Assembly: GCA_951406725.2 (NCBI GenBank)
Contig: OX597830.1
Coordinates: forward strand, 41,106,001-41,170,000
Direction: 5' to 3'
Source of the DNA: Octopus vulgaris
Lineage: Eukaryota
Length of the DNA: 64,000 bases
Shown: in pieces, positions 51,059 through 64,000 of the stretch
Layout of the letters: every line of letters begins with the position of its first letter
How positions within the stretch are numbered: position 1 is the first letter of the stretch
Notes under the pieces: model-generated
Seen by the model: the letters and a program-made list of their open reading frames with translations, nothing else
The model's database searches: none
Told to the model about the DNA's origin: nothing
Position numbers and translations under genes: made by a program

Positions 51059-52297
51059 TGATTTCTAATTTGGGCACAAGATCACAGATTTGGAGTGAGA
51101 GAAAGCATAGTTGTGTATATTGGTACTTATTTTATCAACACTGGAAGGATGAAAGGCAAAGTTGACCTCAGTGGCATTGAAAACCAGAATGTAGTGTCAC
51201 CTATATAAAGTGCCACATGGCATTGTTAAAGATTTATTTACTGAATTAAGTCCTTTGTCCCCCACTGGAGCAGAGGCCATTGACATCTTCTCTCCACTCT
51301 TTTTGACTCCAGGCTGTCTTTTCTCCTTCCTCTCTCAGATTTCATTGATTTTGAATTGTCATTGATTTTTTTTGTATCTTTGTTTTGCTTTTTTTTTGGT
51401 TTTTCCTAGGTAGGTGGGGCTGGCCCTGTACAAACCCATTTTTACCTCTGGAAAGAAGTGATCTAAATTAATTTAGTCTTTATCCTTTGGCCTTTCCAGC
51501 ATGGTGGGGGGCCTTAACAAGAGCTTTCACTCTGCTGGTTTAACTCTCAGGGTCATTGAAGCACACAAGCCACAAAGTGCCACAAGAACTGCTGGTTTTT
51601 AAATACTGGAACTGATATAATCAACTATAACCTTACAGGCAGTGCTCCAGCATGGCTGTAGTTACATTTCTGAAACCACTACAAAAATATCATGTATTGC
51701 TGCTACTTATTTTATCAAAAACACTGGATATGAGACAACTTTAACCATGGCATGATTTCAAGCCACTTCTTACAAATATAAGGAATACTGCGTTTACTCC
51801 AAAGCTCCAATGTCTTCGACACTTCCATCAAAACCTATATATATGTGTGTGTTTATGACTTTATGCCTGTGTTTGTTTCCCACCCCACCATTTGACAATT
51901 GGTGTTGGTATGTTAATGTCCCCACAACTTAGCAGTTCAGCAAAAGACCCCGATAGAATAAGTACCAGGTTTAAGAAAATAAGTCCTGGCGGTTGATTCA
52001 TTTGACTAAAAATTGAAAGCACTGCTCCAGAATGGGCTCAGTCTAATGAATGAGACAAGTGAAAGAGAAAAGATATAGTAATATAAAAAGATAATAACTT
52101 ATCTTATTAGTTACCAGCTTCACCGCCAGCTGCAACAGCAGAGATTTACATCCAATATATAAAAATTGGGTGGTTGTTACTGAGGCAGTATTCTATGGTT
52201 AGATGCCTTTCCTGCCACCAACCTTCATTTGTTATCTTATATGATTGTGTATATCCAAATATATGTATATATTTAACTATATATATGTATTTATATT

Positions 52298-52712
52298 AAG
52301 GTGGCAAGCTGGGGGAATCATCAGCATGGTGGACTAAATGCTTGGTAGCATTTCGTTTGTCTTTATGTTCTGTAGTTCAAATTCTGTCATGGTTGACTTT
52401 TCCTTTTACCTTTTGGTGTCAATAAAATAAGTCCTCTCCTAAAATTGCTGGCCTCATGCCAAAATTATTATTATTATTATTATTATTAATATTATTAAGG
52501 TGGCAAGCTGGCAGAATTGTTAGCACACTGGACGAAATGCTTAGCAGTATTTCGCCCATCGCTATGTTCTGAGTTCAAATTCTGTCGAGGTTGACTTTGC
52601 CTTTGATCCTTTCAGGGTCAATAAATTAAGTACCAGTTTATGCACTGGGGTCGATGTAATCAACTTAATCCCTTCCCCCAAATTTGAGGCCTTGTGCTTC
52701 CAGTAGAAAGAA
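52298..52712 (+). mobile_element. Two tandem family A SINEs (52298-52464 and 52497-52712) joined by (TTA)n
   Basis: Both start AAGGTGGCAAGCTGG and contain the central block. Confidence 0.88.
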
Positions 52713-52725
52713 TTATTATTATTAT

Positions 52726-53161
52726 TCAGTAGTCTTATTTTTATCAACTGCTTTCTCTGCACTACCGAGTGCAGCTCTGGTGCCTTGGATATATGCTGTG
52801 GTTTGTTGTGATGCTCTTATGGTTACTGTATTGAGAGCATTTTGCATAGTATGTGTGCAGCGCATAGTAGTGCAATTTTCTGTATGTTATATATATTCGT
52901 TAGTCCTGGTGTTTTTGTTATGTATTTGTCTGAATATTTTTTATCATACCTAATGTGCCCACTATAGTAGGAATTGTTTCTGTTTTTAGGTTCCACATTT
53001 GAGTTACCTCTATTTCCAGATCTTTGTATTTTGGAACTTTCTCCATTTCTTTTAGAAGAACATTGTCATCTGTTAGTATTGATACATCAGTTAGAAAGCA
53101 TTTTTTTTTTCTTGGTGATCTCTGACAACTATATCTGGCCTATTGGTCTTAATTTCTCTGT

Positions 53162-53162
<1 letters not shown>
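52726..53162 (-). mobile_element. 5'-truncated R4/Dong-clade LINE (restriction-like endonuclease plus 3' UTR) inserted in (TAA)n
   Basis: Minus strand REIKTNRPDIVVRDHQEKKCFLTDVSI...KYKDLEIEVTQMWNLKTETIPTIVGTLGMIK...IQKIALL...LSIQ* (with frameshifts); (TAT)n on both sides. Confidence 0.9.
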
Positions 53163-53204
<42 letters not shown>

Positions 53205-53428
53205 GGTGATCTGGTGGAATCATTAGCATATGGGGCAAAATGCTTAGTGGTATTTCATCCTCCTTGATGTTCTGAGTTCAAATGCTGCCAGGGTCAACTT
53301 TGCCTTTCATTCTTTCAAGCTTGATAAATTAAGTAGCAGTTACGCACTGGGGTCAATGTAATCAACTAGTCCCCTCCTCCAAAAAATTTCAGGCCTTGTG
53401 CCTATAGTAGAAAAGATTATTATTATTA
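53205..53428 (+). mobile_element. Family A SINE
   Basis: Full body with (ATT)n tail. Confidence 0.88.
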
Positions 53429-54261
53429 TTTGTTTTTTTTTACTGTTGGTTTGGATTTCTGTTTTTGAAAACTTCTCAGATTTATGAATTTGGAATTTAG
53501 AAAAGAAAAAGAAAATGAGGGGGTGGGATGAAACAAGAAAGTGGGATCAGAATTTTCATTTCTATTTATACAACCAACACTGGTTGCAGTTAAAAACAAC
53601 AACAACAAAAAAAGAAAGAAATGAAATGAAATAAAATCTATAGAAAATTACTGTTTACACAAGTAATTGGCATTCTATAGAAGTCTATGATATTAGAAAA
53701 TATATTATTTACTGGCACTTGTTTACTAATGATTATTACCTCTGTCCAGCTGTGACACGTATGCTTACACAAGCTGAATTATTGGGGTTTTTTTTTGTCT
53801 TTAAATTAAGCATAAGGAACTATACTGAGCTGGTGGTGGGGAAAGATTAGGTGGTGCCATGCTTTTAATTTTTTTCTCTGGAGCATTAGTGGCATGCATG
53901 AAATATGTGACGACTTCAGTTAGACTTGAAATTGACTTAGTTACAGACTTGAGTCATATGGAGTTTATTTCTTCCTATATAGCATGCCCCCTTCTATACA
54001 AATTGTGTTGCTTCCTTTAAGGAGAGTCCATTCAGTTAGAAGTATTTCAGCCAGATCTCTGGACTGAAGATAGCTTCTTTTCTTTCCTAGTTACCATTGC
54101 CCTGAAGAGAATCATGGGCGCTGCTTTGTCCATCTTTGACTATGTCTTTAAAACAAAAATTAAAAATATAAAAAGAAAATAGTATTTTGGGTTGATATAT
54201 TTTGTTCCTAAATTATCATTTGCAAATATATACCATTCTACATTGTTTGTGCTAAAAAACT

Positions 54262-54578
54262 AGCTGTGTATATAAATGTAAGAAATTTGTTTCCCAACCA
54301 CATGGCTCCTGGTTCTGTCCCACTGTGTGGCACCTTAGATAAGTGTGTTCTACTATAGCCCTAGGCTAACCAAAGCTTTGAGAATTGATTTGATAAACAG
54401 ATACTGAAACCAACATATTGTGTGTTTGTATGTATGTGTCTGAGAGTTTGAATTTATATCTCACTACCACTTGACATTCAAGGTATTGGTTTGTTTATGT
54501 CACTGTATCTTAGCAGTTTGGTAGAATAAGTACCAAATTTTAAAAAATCATGAGTACTGAGGTCAATTTGTTCGACTA
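54262..54578 (+). mobile_element. Family B SINE
   Basis: TTCCCAACCACATGG...GGCACCTTAGATAAGTGT...GATAAACAGATACTGAAA pattern. Confidence 0.8.
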
Positions 54579-54837
54579 GAAATCTTCATGGAATTGGTTT
54601 ATTGACTGATACAAGTAAAAGATAAAAGAGATATAAGAGGTGGACTCTACATTGGTGATGAGTGATGAGATCAAATCTACTTCTGCTTCTTTCGTAACAT
54701 TGTATTTTTTTAAAAGAATGGAGACAGGTGCCAAACCAATCTGGCTCTTCCTCTGAAAGCAGTACTCCAATCATCTCAGTCAGCAGTCTTGCCATTACAT
54801 CCCTGTACTGGTTCTGATTAGGGGCTGATATTCAACT

Positions 54838-54934
<97 letters not shown>

Positions 54935-55927
54935 GTCTCTCTCTCTGTCTCTCTCTCTGTCTCTCTCTGTCTCTCTCTCCCTCTCTCCCCACACACTTCT
55001 TATTTGATAACAATTTCAAAGACATTCTAAATGATTTTAATATCAAGTAATTTTGGTGTTGCTCTTTGAAGTAACATCTTTATTCACTTCTGGTATTGAA
55101 AAGCATGTTGTATTTGTCACAGTTGTGAGATATTAAAATAACCTGCATCACTGTAAATAGCAATATCAAGGCGGCAGGTTATTATTGGATGTCAACATAT
55201 TGTCAGCATCTAGACACTTCCTTTACTTCTTCAGGTTATTTTCTTCTAATCTAAAAGATTCTTGGCATTAAATATAGAACCTGTATGTGTATCGCCCTTG
55301 TTTTGGATATAATCCTATATTCCTTGTTCACCAATATAATTTTTTCTTCCTTATCTACTGATTAAAATTCCTTTCAGGGAAGGGAAAATAGAAATGCTTT
55401 CAGAAGTTTTGGTTAAAGTATGAGTTTAGGTTCTGCTGAGCTCAGTCCTGGATTTCGTTTCCTTTACATTTGCACTTGTAGGGATTTCTGTTCCGCTTGC
55501 AAATGACCTTGATAAAGGTAGAAATGTCTACCACGCAATCTCATTTTCTTCTCTGGGCTTTGTGCCAGTATAGTAAATTGTGACAAGCATTGTAGAGTAA
55601 GCTCACTATAAGCTGTATATGTGGTGTTCCACTTGTAGACATTTCACTTCAGTTTCATTGTAGATATCATCTTCAAGAAACATGAAACAAACCACTTCAT
55701 TTTTACCATACACACACATATAATATGCATGTGTGTATCTGTGTTTGTCTTACCTTGTCTTCACATTACATGATTGGCTAGTCATCAACATCATCATTTA
55801 ACATATGTTTTCCACGCTGGCATGGGTTGGACAGTTTTACCAGAGCTGGTACGGCTGGGGCTGCACTAGGCATTATATATATATAATGTGATACCATTAT
55901 GTGTATGTATATACATAATGATATACC

Positions 55928-55981
<54 letters not shown>

Positions 55982-56007
55982 AAATGAGATACCATTACAG
56001 TTCTTAT

Positions 56008-56170
56008 TGGCCTTGTCACATTCTGTGTCATGCTGAACTTCCTGGAGGACTTCATTAAAGGTGCATGTGTCTTTGGAGCGCTCAGCCACTTGCACATTAA
56101 TCTCACAAGCAGGCTGTTCCGTTGATCGGATCAACTGGAACACTCTTTGTTGTGACCAATAGAGAGCCAT
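56008..56170. repeat. Unclassified short interspersed repeat (second diverged copy at about 62952-63030)
   Basis: GCCTTGTCACA..TGTGTC..GCTGA...TTAA.GGT.CATGT...GGA...CTCAGC shared. Confidence 0.55.
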
Positions 56171-56536
56171 AGAAAAATGTAACAAGCAAATGAGAAGAAA
56201 TCACAGCTAAGTATTTAGCTAATATATTTTTTAGTTCTCACTAATGGCAGTTATGAATATGTGTCTATCATATTAGTGACATTTTAACATCATTAATATA
56301 AGATGATGATTTTGTAATTTATTATGGAGAGTTATGAGATATTATTGCTATATTTCTACCAACAGCAAAATATGAACAACAAAGTATATATAAATATATA
56401 AAAAACAACCTCTCGTTATTAATCAAATTTTTATCAAATGACATCTACTGTATAATTTGTAAAATATACTTATTTAAATGTAGATATTTTAGCAGTATAA
56501 TGGTGTCATAGAACCTACATGAATACACACACACAC

Positions 56537-56608
<72 letters not shown>

Positions 56609-56755
56609 TTACATACACACATATATTATATACATATAGACACATATACATAAATATGTATACATACATATGTGTGTTTGTGCATGTGTATATTTATGCA
56701 TATGTGTGTGTGTATGTTTACCCACCCATATATCTATAGCTATATATATGTATAT

Positions 56756-56832
<77 letters not shown>

Positions 56833-58097
56833 CACATACACACACACACACGTATAAGATGTTTACATTTGCATACAGATACACACAAATAAATATATCA
56901 GATGTATGTCAATGGAATGGATTGTCTGTTAGTCTTTATGATGAGTATTCACTTGTTCCATCAGCTGAACGACCTTTCCATTGGGTTAGAGTTGAAGTCT
57001 TTGTGTCTTCTACTGATAGAGATTGCACATCATTATCTTCATTGTCATCATTTGATTCCACTTTTTCCATTCTTGCATGGGCCTAACAGAACTTGTTGAG
57101 GTGGAATTTCTATGGCCAGATGCCCACCTGCCACTAAACCTCACCTGTTTCCAAGCAAGGCTACATTTCCCCATGGCCAGACATGTTGTTCATGGAAGAT
57201 TGGAAACAAACAACATCACTTGTTTGAAGGTGATACTTGTTTACAGCCATTTTATGATGTCAAGAAACTTGCTCCCTCCCCCCTCAGAACTGCTAGCTTT
57301 GTGCCAAAATTAGAAACAACTGTTAGATCTTTGGTCTTTCCAATTATCATGTTCAAAGTTCAAATCTCACTGATGCCAACTTCACCTTTCAATTGTTTTT
57401 GGAGGATGGTGGTGTCAGTAAAATAATACACCAGTCACAGACTGGAGCCACTTTAACTGACTGACCACTCCTGCCAAAATTTCTGATGTCAGCAAAATAT
57501 TGTGATATTTCTGTGAACTTTGAAGGTTTCTCTGGTATCTGGTTTATTTGGAAAAATCTGAAACAATTTTGAATTGAGTTTACGATAAGAAGGTTCTAAT
57601 TTGATTTTTAATTCTTCCTTTCTTGTCAAATTTTGGCTACATAATTCCTCATTTACATCAGTCTGTAGAAGTTACCATCTGTAAGTTGACTTTTAGAAGA
57701 TGATCAGATTGATCTACTGTCAAGCTGTCATTTTTTCTGTGCTAGAAAGGCAAATGGGTCAATCTCTTTGAAAATGTGTGCAATGTTACTGTGTCTATTG
57801 AGATTCAGATATTTCCTATAGAATTTTAAAATAATGATACTATTTTCTCTTTCTCTCATTCTTTTTTTCCTTTTGAAAAGTGCGCTTCTGTTTTCTTCAG
57901 TCTAGAATCATCAGTAGGCTTTGTCTCCAAAGTTAAGCAAAGTCTAGATTTTGCTGACAGTATTCAGTATTTCATTCTGTCTCTTAGTAAGACATTTAAT
58001 TCTTACATACCTAAATTTAATAAATCAATGCTGTTTGTTTTTGTTCTTTAGGATGATAGTTCTGCTAAAAGCTGTGTGCTTGTTTTTCTCTCTTTAA

Positions 58098-58319
58098 CCC
58101 TTTTGTTACCATATTTCTGTTGAGATGCTCTGTGTCTCTTTCAATTAATTCTAAATATAACAAAGAATTTAGTAAAATAACTTAGTTATCATTAAGCTAG
58201 TGTTAGCAACATAAATTGTGACTAAGGTTTGGTGGAAGATTTTAATTCAGAACTTTTGAAAACAAGACATTTGTACTACAGAACCAGAGGCAGTTTCAAG
58301 CAGATTGGTATCAAAAGAG
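58098..58319. mobile_element. piggyBac-type MITE family 1 inserted in one duplicate copy
   Basis: TTAA|CCCTTTTGTTACC...GGTATCAAAAGAG|TTTA; absent from the paralogous site near 61020. Confidence 0.82.
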
Positions 58320-58455
58320 TTTAGAAAGTTACCGGTAAAATATTAGCATTCTATCCAGGATGATGATGATATTTGTCACACATACTGGACTGCACTTACA
58401 TTTCTCCAACTCTTTTTTTTCTCTCTGATTCTGCAAAGTTATAGAAATTTATCTC

Positions 58456-58820
58456 CTTCATCACCATCATCATTTAATGTCCATTGTCCATGCTGGCATG
58501 GGTTGGAGGGTTTGACCAGTGCTGGTAAGCTGAGTGATTGCACCAGACTCCAGTTTGATTTGGCATGGTTTCTACGGTTAGATGCCCTTCCTAATGCCAA
58601 CTGCTCTGAGAGTGTAATGGGTGCTTTTACATGCCACTGGCATGGGTGCCAGTTGTGACACCAGTATCTGCCATGGCTATGATTTCACTTGGCTTGAGGT
58701 GTCTTCTTCTCAAGCAAGGCATATTGCCAAAGGTCTTAGTCACTTGTCATTGCCTCCGTGAGGCCAGCACTTGAACTGTGTCTTTTATGTACCAGATACA
58801 TGTCACTGGCATCGGCCACA
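58456..58820 (-). mobile_element. Family D / RTE 3' end
   Basis: Collinear with 22915-23240 over about 300 bp. Confidence 0.8.
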
Positions 58821-61602
58821 TTGCCTCCAGAATGTATTTCTTGCTACTAGATTACCTAGCTAATGTGTCCTACCTGTTTGTGAAGTACAACTGTTGAATA
58901 TCAACCAGAGATTGAAGACTAACTTGTATCTTTGTGATGTATAAATTCTTTCCACAAGAAACTTCCTCTTTACAAACAGTTTTCATACTGTGTATTTAAC
59001 ATAGTAAAACAGGACTGTATTTGCTGCAGATCTGCAGGGAAATAGAATTATAAAAAAAAAAAGTAGTAATAACTTTGGTGGCGTTAACATTTCAAGGAAA
59101 TTCCACTGAAAGAGGCATTTTTCTTTCCTGTCTTCTTCATTCCAGTTCTGACATAAAGAATTTGTTTTAAACCAAATTTAATTTTATTTTAATCTTCCTT
59201 CCTTCTTTCTTTCTTTTCTTTTTATGTTACTAATCTGTGACTCACTCTGGAATTTTAAAAATTTACTGCACAACTTTTAAATTTAGTATAATGTAAGACA
59301 AAATTTTGAATCCTATTCTGTGTTCTATTTTAGGTAAAAGCAATTACCCTAATCTTAAACTGTTTTTTTTCTTCTTCTTTTTCTTCTTTAAATTGCAATC
59401 AAAACATACATTTCTCAGACATTTGTAATTAGTAGAGAAAAATCAGAAATGGAATAAGACATTATCCAAAAACTGATTTCTGTGTCAGTTAATGGTTTTA
59501 CTAATAATCCAACAGAAAAAAAATAGTAGTTCTAAATGTAGCTGTGATAAATTAATGATTTTCTTCTTTTCTTGTGTTGATAGAAATTAAAAATGACTCC
59601 AGTGATATCTATCTGAAGAAAGGTTATTTGGAAATATTGTGTTATTTTATTGGTTTTGATTCTGACCCAAGAAAAATTTTGATTGAATCCTGCCTAAATT
59701 AACACTATCTAAAAAGTAATAATTTTTCTATTAAAATAATAATTTATTTGCTCTTTGGAATGACAGTTCAGTAGCAAAGTTCACTGAAATTATGACAGAT
59801 ATCAAAATGAATTTCTAAGAATATTTAAAGGGATTTTGGTTCTGTACCATGAAATTGATTGGTTAACGGCTAATAAAATATTTGTTTACTTTGTTGTGGT
59901 TGTTTTTCCTTATATACCTTCAAAATGGGTCTGGTTGGCTTATTTTAAACTTCATTATAATTTCTTCTCATGTTTAAGTTGCTATTACCACAAGACAACA
60001 AATATAGAACCTCTCAGAAGAAGAGCAACACTGTTAGGTTATATCATGATTGGAGATATCAACATCTACAGTTTTTACTGCTCTGTTCATTCTCCTCCAG
60101 CATATTTGGCAAAAGTAGGGATTTGGGGACAAATAGCAGTATAAGCAGCATTACCAAAGACTTCACTAACAACATCATAGGACTGCTTGATCAAAACTGA
60201 TCTGAGTTGCACACGAAATACACAACAACAATAATGACCAGTTACTTACATGGCATAAGCTTATACAATGAGGACTGACCTGAACTACACAACCACAACA
60301 ACAACATGAAAGCGACAACAATAAAACAAAGTTGTTTGGACTACTAATGAAGCATCAAAATTCTTCTCTTGTGCAAATCTCTATTGATTCAGTTGCCCCA
60401 AAGGAATTTGTAAATGGTTCTTCTCCCTGCAGTGTTGCAGATGTTTTATATCAAAACAATGGTGCCACATATGTATAGTATGTGTTTGTATGTATGCATG
60501 TTTCTGTATGTGTGTGTGTCAATATACATGTATGTATGTATGCATATATGTTTATATATATGTATACACATATACATGTATGTGTGTGCATGTATATATA
60601 TATGTATGTGTGTATGCATGTATATGTGTATCTATCTGTGTGTTTGGCTTCATTTATTTTTTCCCTCAGTCTGTTCTGCTCATTTTTCTTTTTACTATTT
60701 CTTTTTCCTCCCTATTCTTAAAAGTACCAATTATAGACAAAGAAAAAGATCCAAAATCTAAATCTTTTCATTAGTTGCCAATGCAGATGAGGCAGTGTAA
60801 TTTAAAACTATTCTACTTAAATAAACATTTAATTAAACAGTAGGGTTATTATGAACGAAGCTACCAGCTTGTGGCTTATAAATTCATAATCCACTGCCAG
60901 CGTTTCATTTTGTCTCTTAGAAATACAGTTAATTCTACATGCCTAAATTTAATCAACTTATAATAAATCAAACAATATATTTGCTCTTTAGAATGACAGT
61001 TTTACTAAAAGCAGAAATCTTTATTTTTTTGGAAAGAAAGTTACCTGTAAAATATTAGCATTCTATCCATGATGACATTTGTATCTCATCAACTTAATGC
61101 TACTAGACTGGAATTAAGCAATCCTTGGTAGTTATGAAAATAAAACTATTTTCTACTTCTAATTGAATGCTTACAACAATGACATTTGATGTAAAATAAC
61201 ACCAAAACCTAGTGTTTGGCAGGAACAGATGGTGGTCTGCATTGATAAAAATTGCACAGTGAAGAATATGAGTTTGGATATGCTTGTATGCTATGGGGAG
61301 AGGAGGAATTTAACATTTCAAGATTGACCCTTTCTTTGGGAGAAGACATTTTTCAACTGATGAAATTTTTGTTTCTTTCTAGATACAAAGATTTAATTCG
61401 AAAACATTCAATTTTCTCTTCTTCCTCATAACATATGCACTTATCTAAACAAATGAATGACATTTGGTGATGACTATGTCACAACCAGCTTTTCTCCTCT
61501 CTGTCAAAACTTGACATCAGATCTTGATTTTTGAGCAATGTTGATTTCATTGTAGTACATGTAGCAACTGCTTGAGCATATAGCCTAAAACAAGTGTAAG
61601 TT

Positions 61603-62742
61603 CAGGGCGCGTAAGATATTAGAGGACAGATTTATGTTTTTATAATAACAGATAATAACTTTATTTATCCAGAAATGCTATGAGGATAAAAATAAACCTT
61701 CTTTTCTATAATGTTAATAATATTATTCAATAAAGCCACCTTCAGCTTCCACAATTGCTTCTATTTGAGATCTAAATCATCTACATGCTAGAATCAAGTG
61801 GTCCTGGTTCATATTGGACATTACTCTGATTATGGCAGCTTTCTAAGAATCTTTGGTGTTATGGGCATGTTCATTGACCTCTCTTTCAATGACACTCCAT
61901 GTTTAATAGTCCAGTGGTTTGAGATCTGGCAAATTAGGAGGCCAAATGTTAAGGGTTATGTGATCATGAAAATTTTCAGCCATCCATTCCTGTGTTACTA
62001 GAGCCATGTGCGATAGTGCAGAGTCTTACTGAAACACATATTGCATACAGGGCTTAACAATTATTTCCAGGACCTCAATGTAGATGGTAGAGTTAACTCT
62101 AAGGCCTCATGGAAAGAAGTAAAGAGGTATCACATGTCCTTCATTACTGACAACCCTTAAAAACCATGACAGTTGCAGGAAAGTTTGTGTGCGTGACACT
62201 TGGAACTTCAGAAGGGTCTGCACATAATCATCTGTCATTTCTGTTAACTTTTTGATCTTGGTCAAAGTTTTTCTCATTTGAGAAAAAACAAATCAAATCT
62301 GCTGCTAGATTTTTCAGTTTGTTTAAGAACCTTTTAGATCTAATGTGATTTTCTTTTGCTTTTTCTGACAAAGTGTCCTCATTGACGTTCTGGGATTGTA
62401 ATCAGTAGTCTGTTGAAGTTGCTGGATAAATTCAGGTATTCTGATGATTTCAGAGTATTTAGAATGCTTTTTATGCTTTGACACTGGTGATACATTTCCA
62501 TCTTCATTCTCTAGCTCCTTACAAACTTTGTAGAGGAAAGATCTGGCAACTTTTTAAAAATCGAGATATTTCTAAATCATTATGCTCAGCCTTTATAACC
62601 ACAATAACAGCATGGCTCTTCATTTCTTGTGTCAGCTGAGGGTCTGCCATTATTATTTTCTGAAACAAAGATTATACATAGTTAGCAAAAAATGTAGCAA
62701 TGACCCAAAAAAGGTATGTCCTCGAATGCCTTATGCACCCTG
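61603..62742 (-). mobile_element. Decayed Tc1/mariner DD37D (maT) transposon with both TIRs
   Basis: TIRs CAGGGCGCGTAAGATATTAGAGGACA and TGTCCTCGAATGCCTTATGCACCCTG|TA flank the transposase remnant. Confidence 0.9.
61723..62650 (-). pseudogene. DD37D transposase pseudogene
   Basis: MADPQLTQEMK...FSNEKNFDQDQKVNRNDR...FPATVMV...YVFQ*DSALSH...WPPNLPDLKPLDY...EAEGGFIE*; 37 residues between the last two catalytic D; several stops, frameshifts and deletions. Confidence 0.9.
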
Positions 62743-63294
62743 TAGAAGTTTTGCTCCTGAGACACAACATTATTTCTACAACAAGATGCAAACTCATTCA
62801 AAGGGGACAAACTGGCAGAATTGTGACTGAACCTGACAAAATGCTTTATACCATTTCTTCTGACTTTACACTCTGAACTCAAATGTTGCCAAGGAAAGAG
62901 CACCCATGCTGGTGCCATGTGAAGAAAGCCTGTTGCTAATTCAGGAAGTACTGCCTTGTCACACAGTGTGTCTCGCTGATTCTGTTTGGGAATTACTTTA
63001 AGGGTACATGTCTGTGGAATACTCAGCTAAAATAGTTTTAGTGCAACAACCCTTTTCTTACGATGCTGCTCGGCTTATGACAGTTCCATCAAAGGCGATG
63101 ACAGTCAATCCAAGGCATTCATTCTCTTCCGTCTCCTGTGCATTGTTTCTCATGGGAGCAGATGTAGCTGACAAGACCAATGTGAAATAGACAGATCCTG
63201 TGGTACTGATGGCACTGAAAGTGACTCCGAACAACAGCCACAGCGGGTTGATGATGATGATGATGTTTCCCCTTCTCTTCATGCAGTCTTCATG

Positions 63295-63488
63295 TTAAAA
63301 TACACAGTCTTAGTTTCAATTAATTTTGAAAATACTTAAGAATTTAGTGAAATTAAACACATCCTTACAGTGTTTGGAACATATATCAGCATGAAATTTT
63401 GATGGAATGTTTTAAATAAAGACATTTTAAAACTGGGAGTTTGTATCAGAAAGCTGGAGCAGTTTCAGGCAGGTTGAGATCAAAAGGG
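63295..63488. mobile_element. piggyBac-type MITE family 1, left end missing
   Basis: Interior matches the 2263 copy; right end GATCAAAAGGG|TTAA. Confidence 0.75.
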
Positions 63489-64000
63489 TTAAAACATGTA
63501 ATATAGGGTCAACTTTGCATATAGGACCCAGTGTGGTATTTTGAGAATTTTTTTTCTTTGAAGGCAGGGTCAAAAGTACATCCTATATATCATCAAATAT
63601 GGTAATTATAATGCTTTGTAGTATGGTGGTTTTGCTTGGCAGTACAATTACGATATTATGTAACAATGCTGTAATATTTTATAAAATATGAGTTAAATAT
63701 TCTGAAAACAAAAATAATGGTAATGTGTAGTTATTTCTCACAAAGTGAAAGTAAAATTCTATTATCTTAAATGGAAATACTTCTTAAGAGTTAAAAAAAG
63801 AAAAAAAAAACATTCTAGAGTTGTTCCAATGTTAGCTTATTACCAGTGATATTGCAGAGTTTGTTTTGTTGTATTTCATTTATATATTTATATTTCTACC
63901 ATTAACCTGTCTGATTATTGATGAAGAAAGAGCTGTAAATGTCATCTTGCTAATATGAATCATACTTTAATGTCTGCACTTTAGCTGTTTTCCATTTGTT

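Larger units (their letters stand above)
57970..61115. repeat. Old local direct triplication (57970-58400, 59690-59780, 60903-61115)
   Basis: Shared blocks TTTCATTYTGTCTCTTAG, CCTAAATT, TTTGYTCTTTRGRATGAYAGTT and AGAAAGTTACCKGTAAAATATTAGCATTCTATCCA. Confidence 0.8.

Noticed and set aside
58355-58430. C/D box snoRNA (ATGATGA...CTGA)
   Set aside because: C box is part of a (GAT)n run, there is no terminal stem, and the paralogue near 61068 has no D box.
59970-60310. ORFs 59836-60144 and 59970-60200 as a host gene
   Set aside because: RRRATLLGYIM resembles the LINE RRLRWxGHxxR region and ends near (CAA)n; more likely an old LINE remnant, too weak to call.

Overview
AT-rich, microsatellite-dense metazoan DNA, intronic or intergenic. 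The SINE families and repeat landscape look like a coleoid cephalopod, most likely Octopus; this is my inference from repeat content, not a database result. No intact protein-coding gene is supported, and most listed ORFs are microsatellite or SINE translations. The window holds about four interspersed retroelement families (three tRNA-derived SINE types and RTE-tail/(GAT)n elements), hAT- and piggyBac-type MITEs, a decayed DD37D (maT) Tc1/mariner element with both TIRs, R4/Dong and RTE LINE fragments, and several Penelope-like (PLE) remnants. The main hidden signal is a set of minimal type I hammerhead ribozyme (HHR) motifs (CTGANGA...GAAA...NUH), mostly inside local foldbacks. The best candidate is a perfect 113-bp tandem duplication with one HHR fold per unit, resembling a very small retrozyme. 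Also seen: a perfect 42-bp-stem hairpin, an array of about 15 GTTAGCAACT motifs, a possible heavily decayed tyrosine kinase fossil, and a triplicated non-repeat segment. All alignments and folds were done by eye, and repeat boundaries are approximate.
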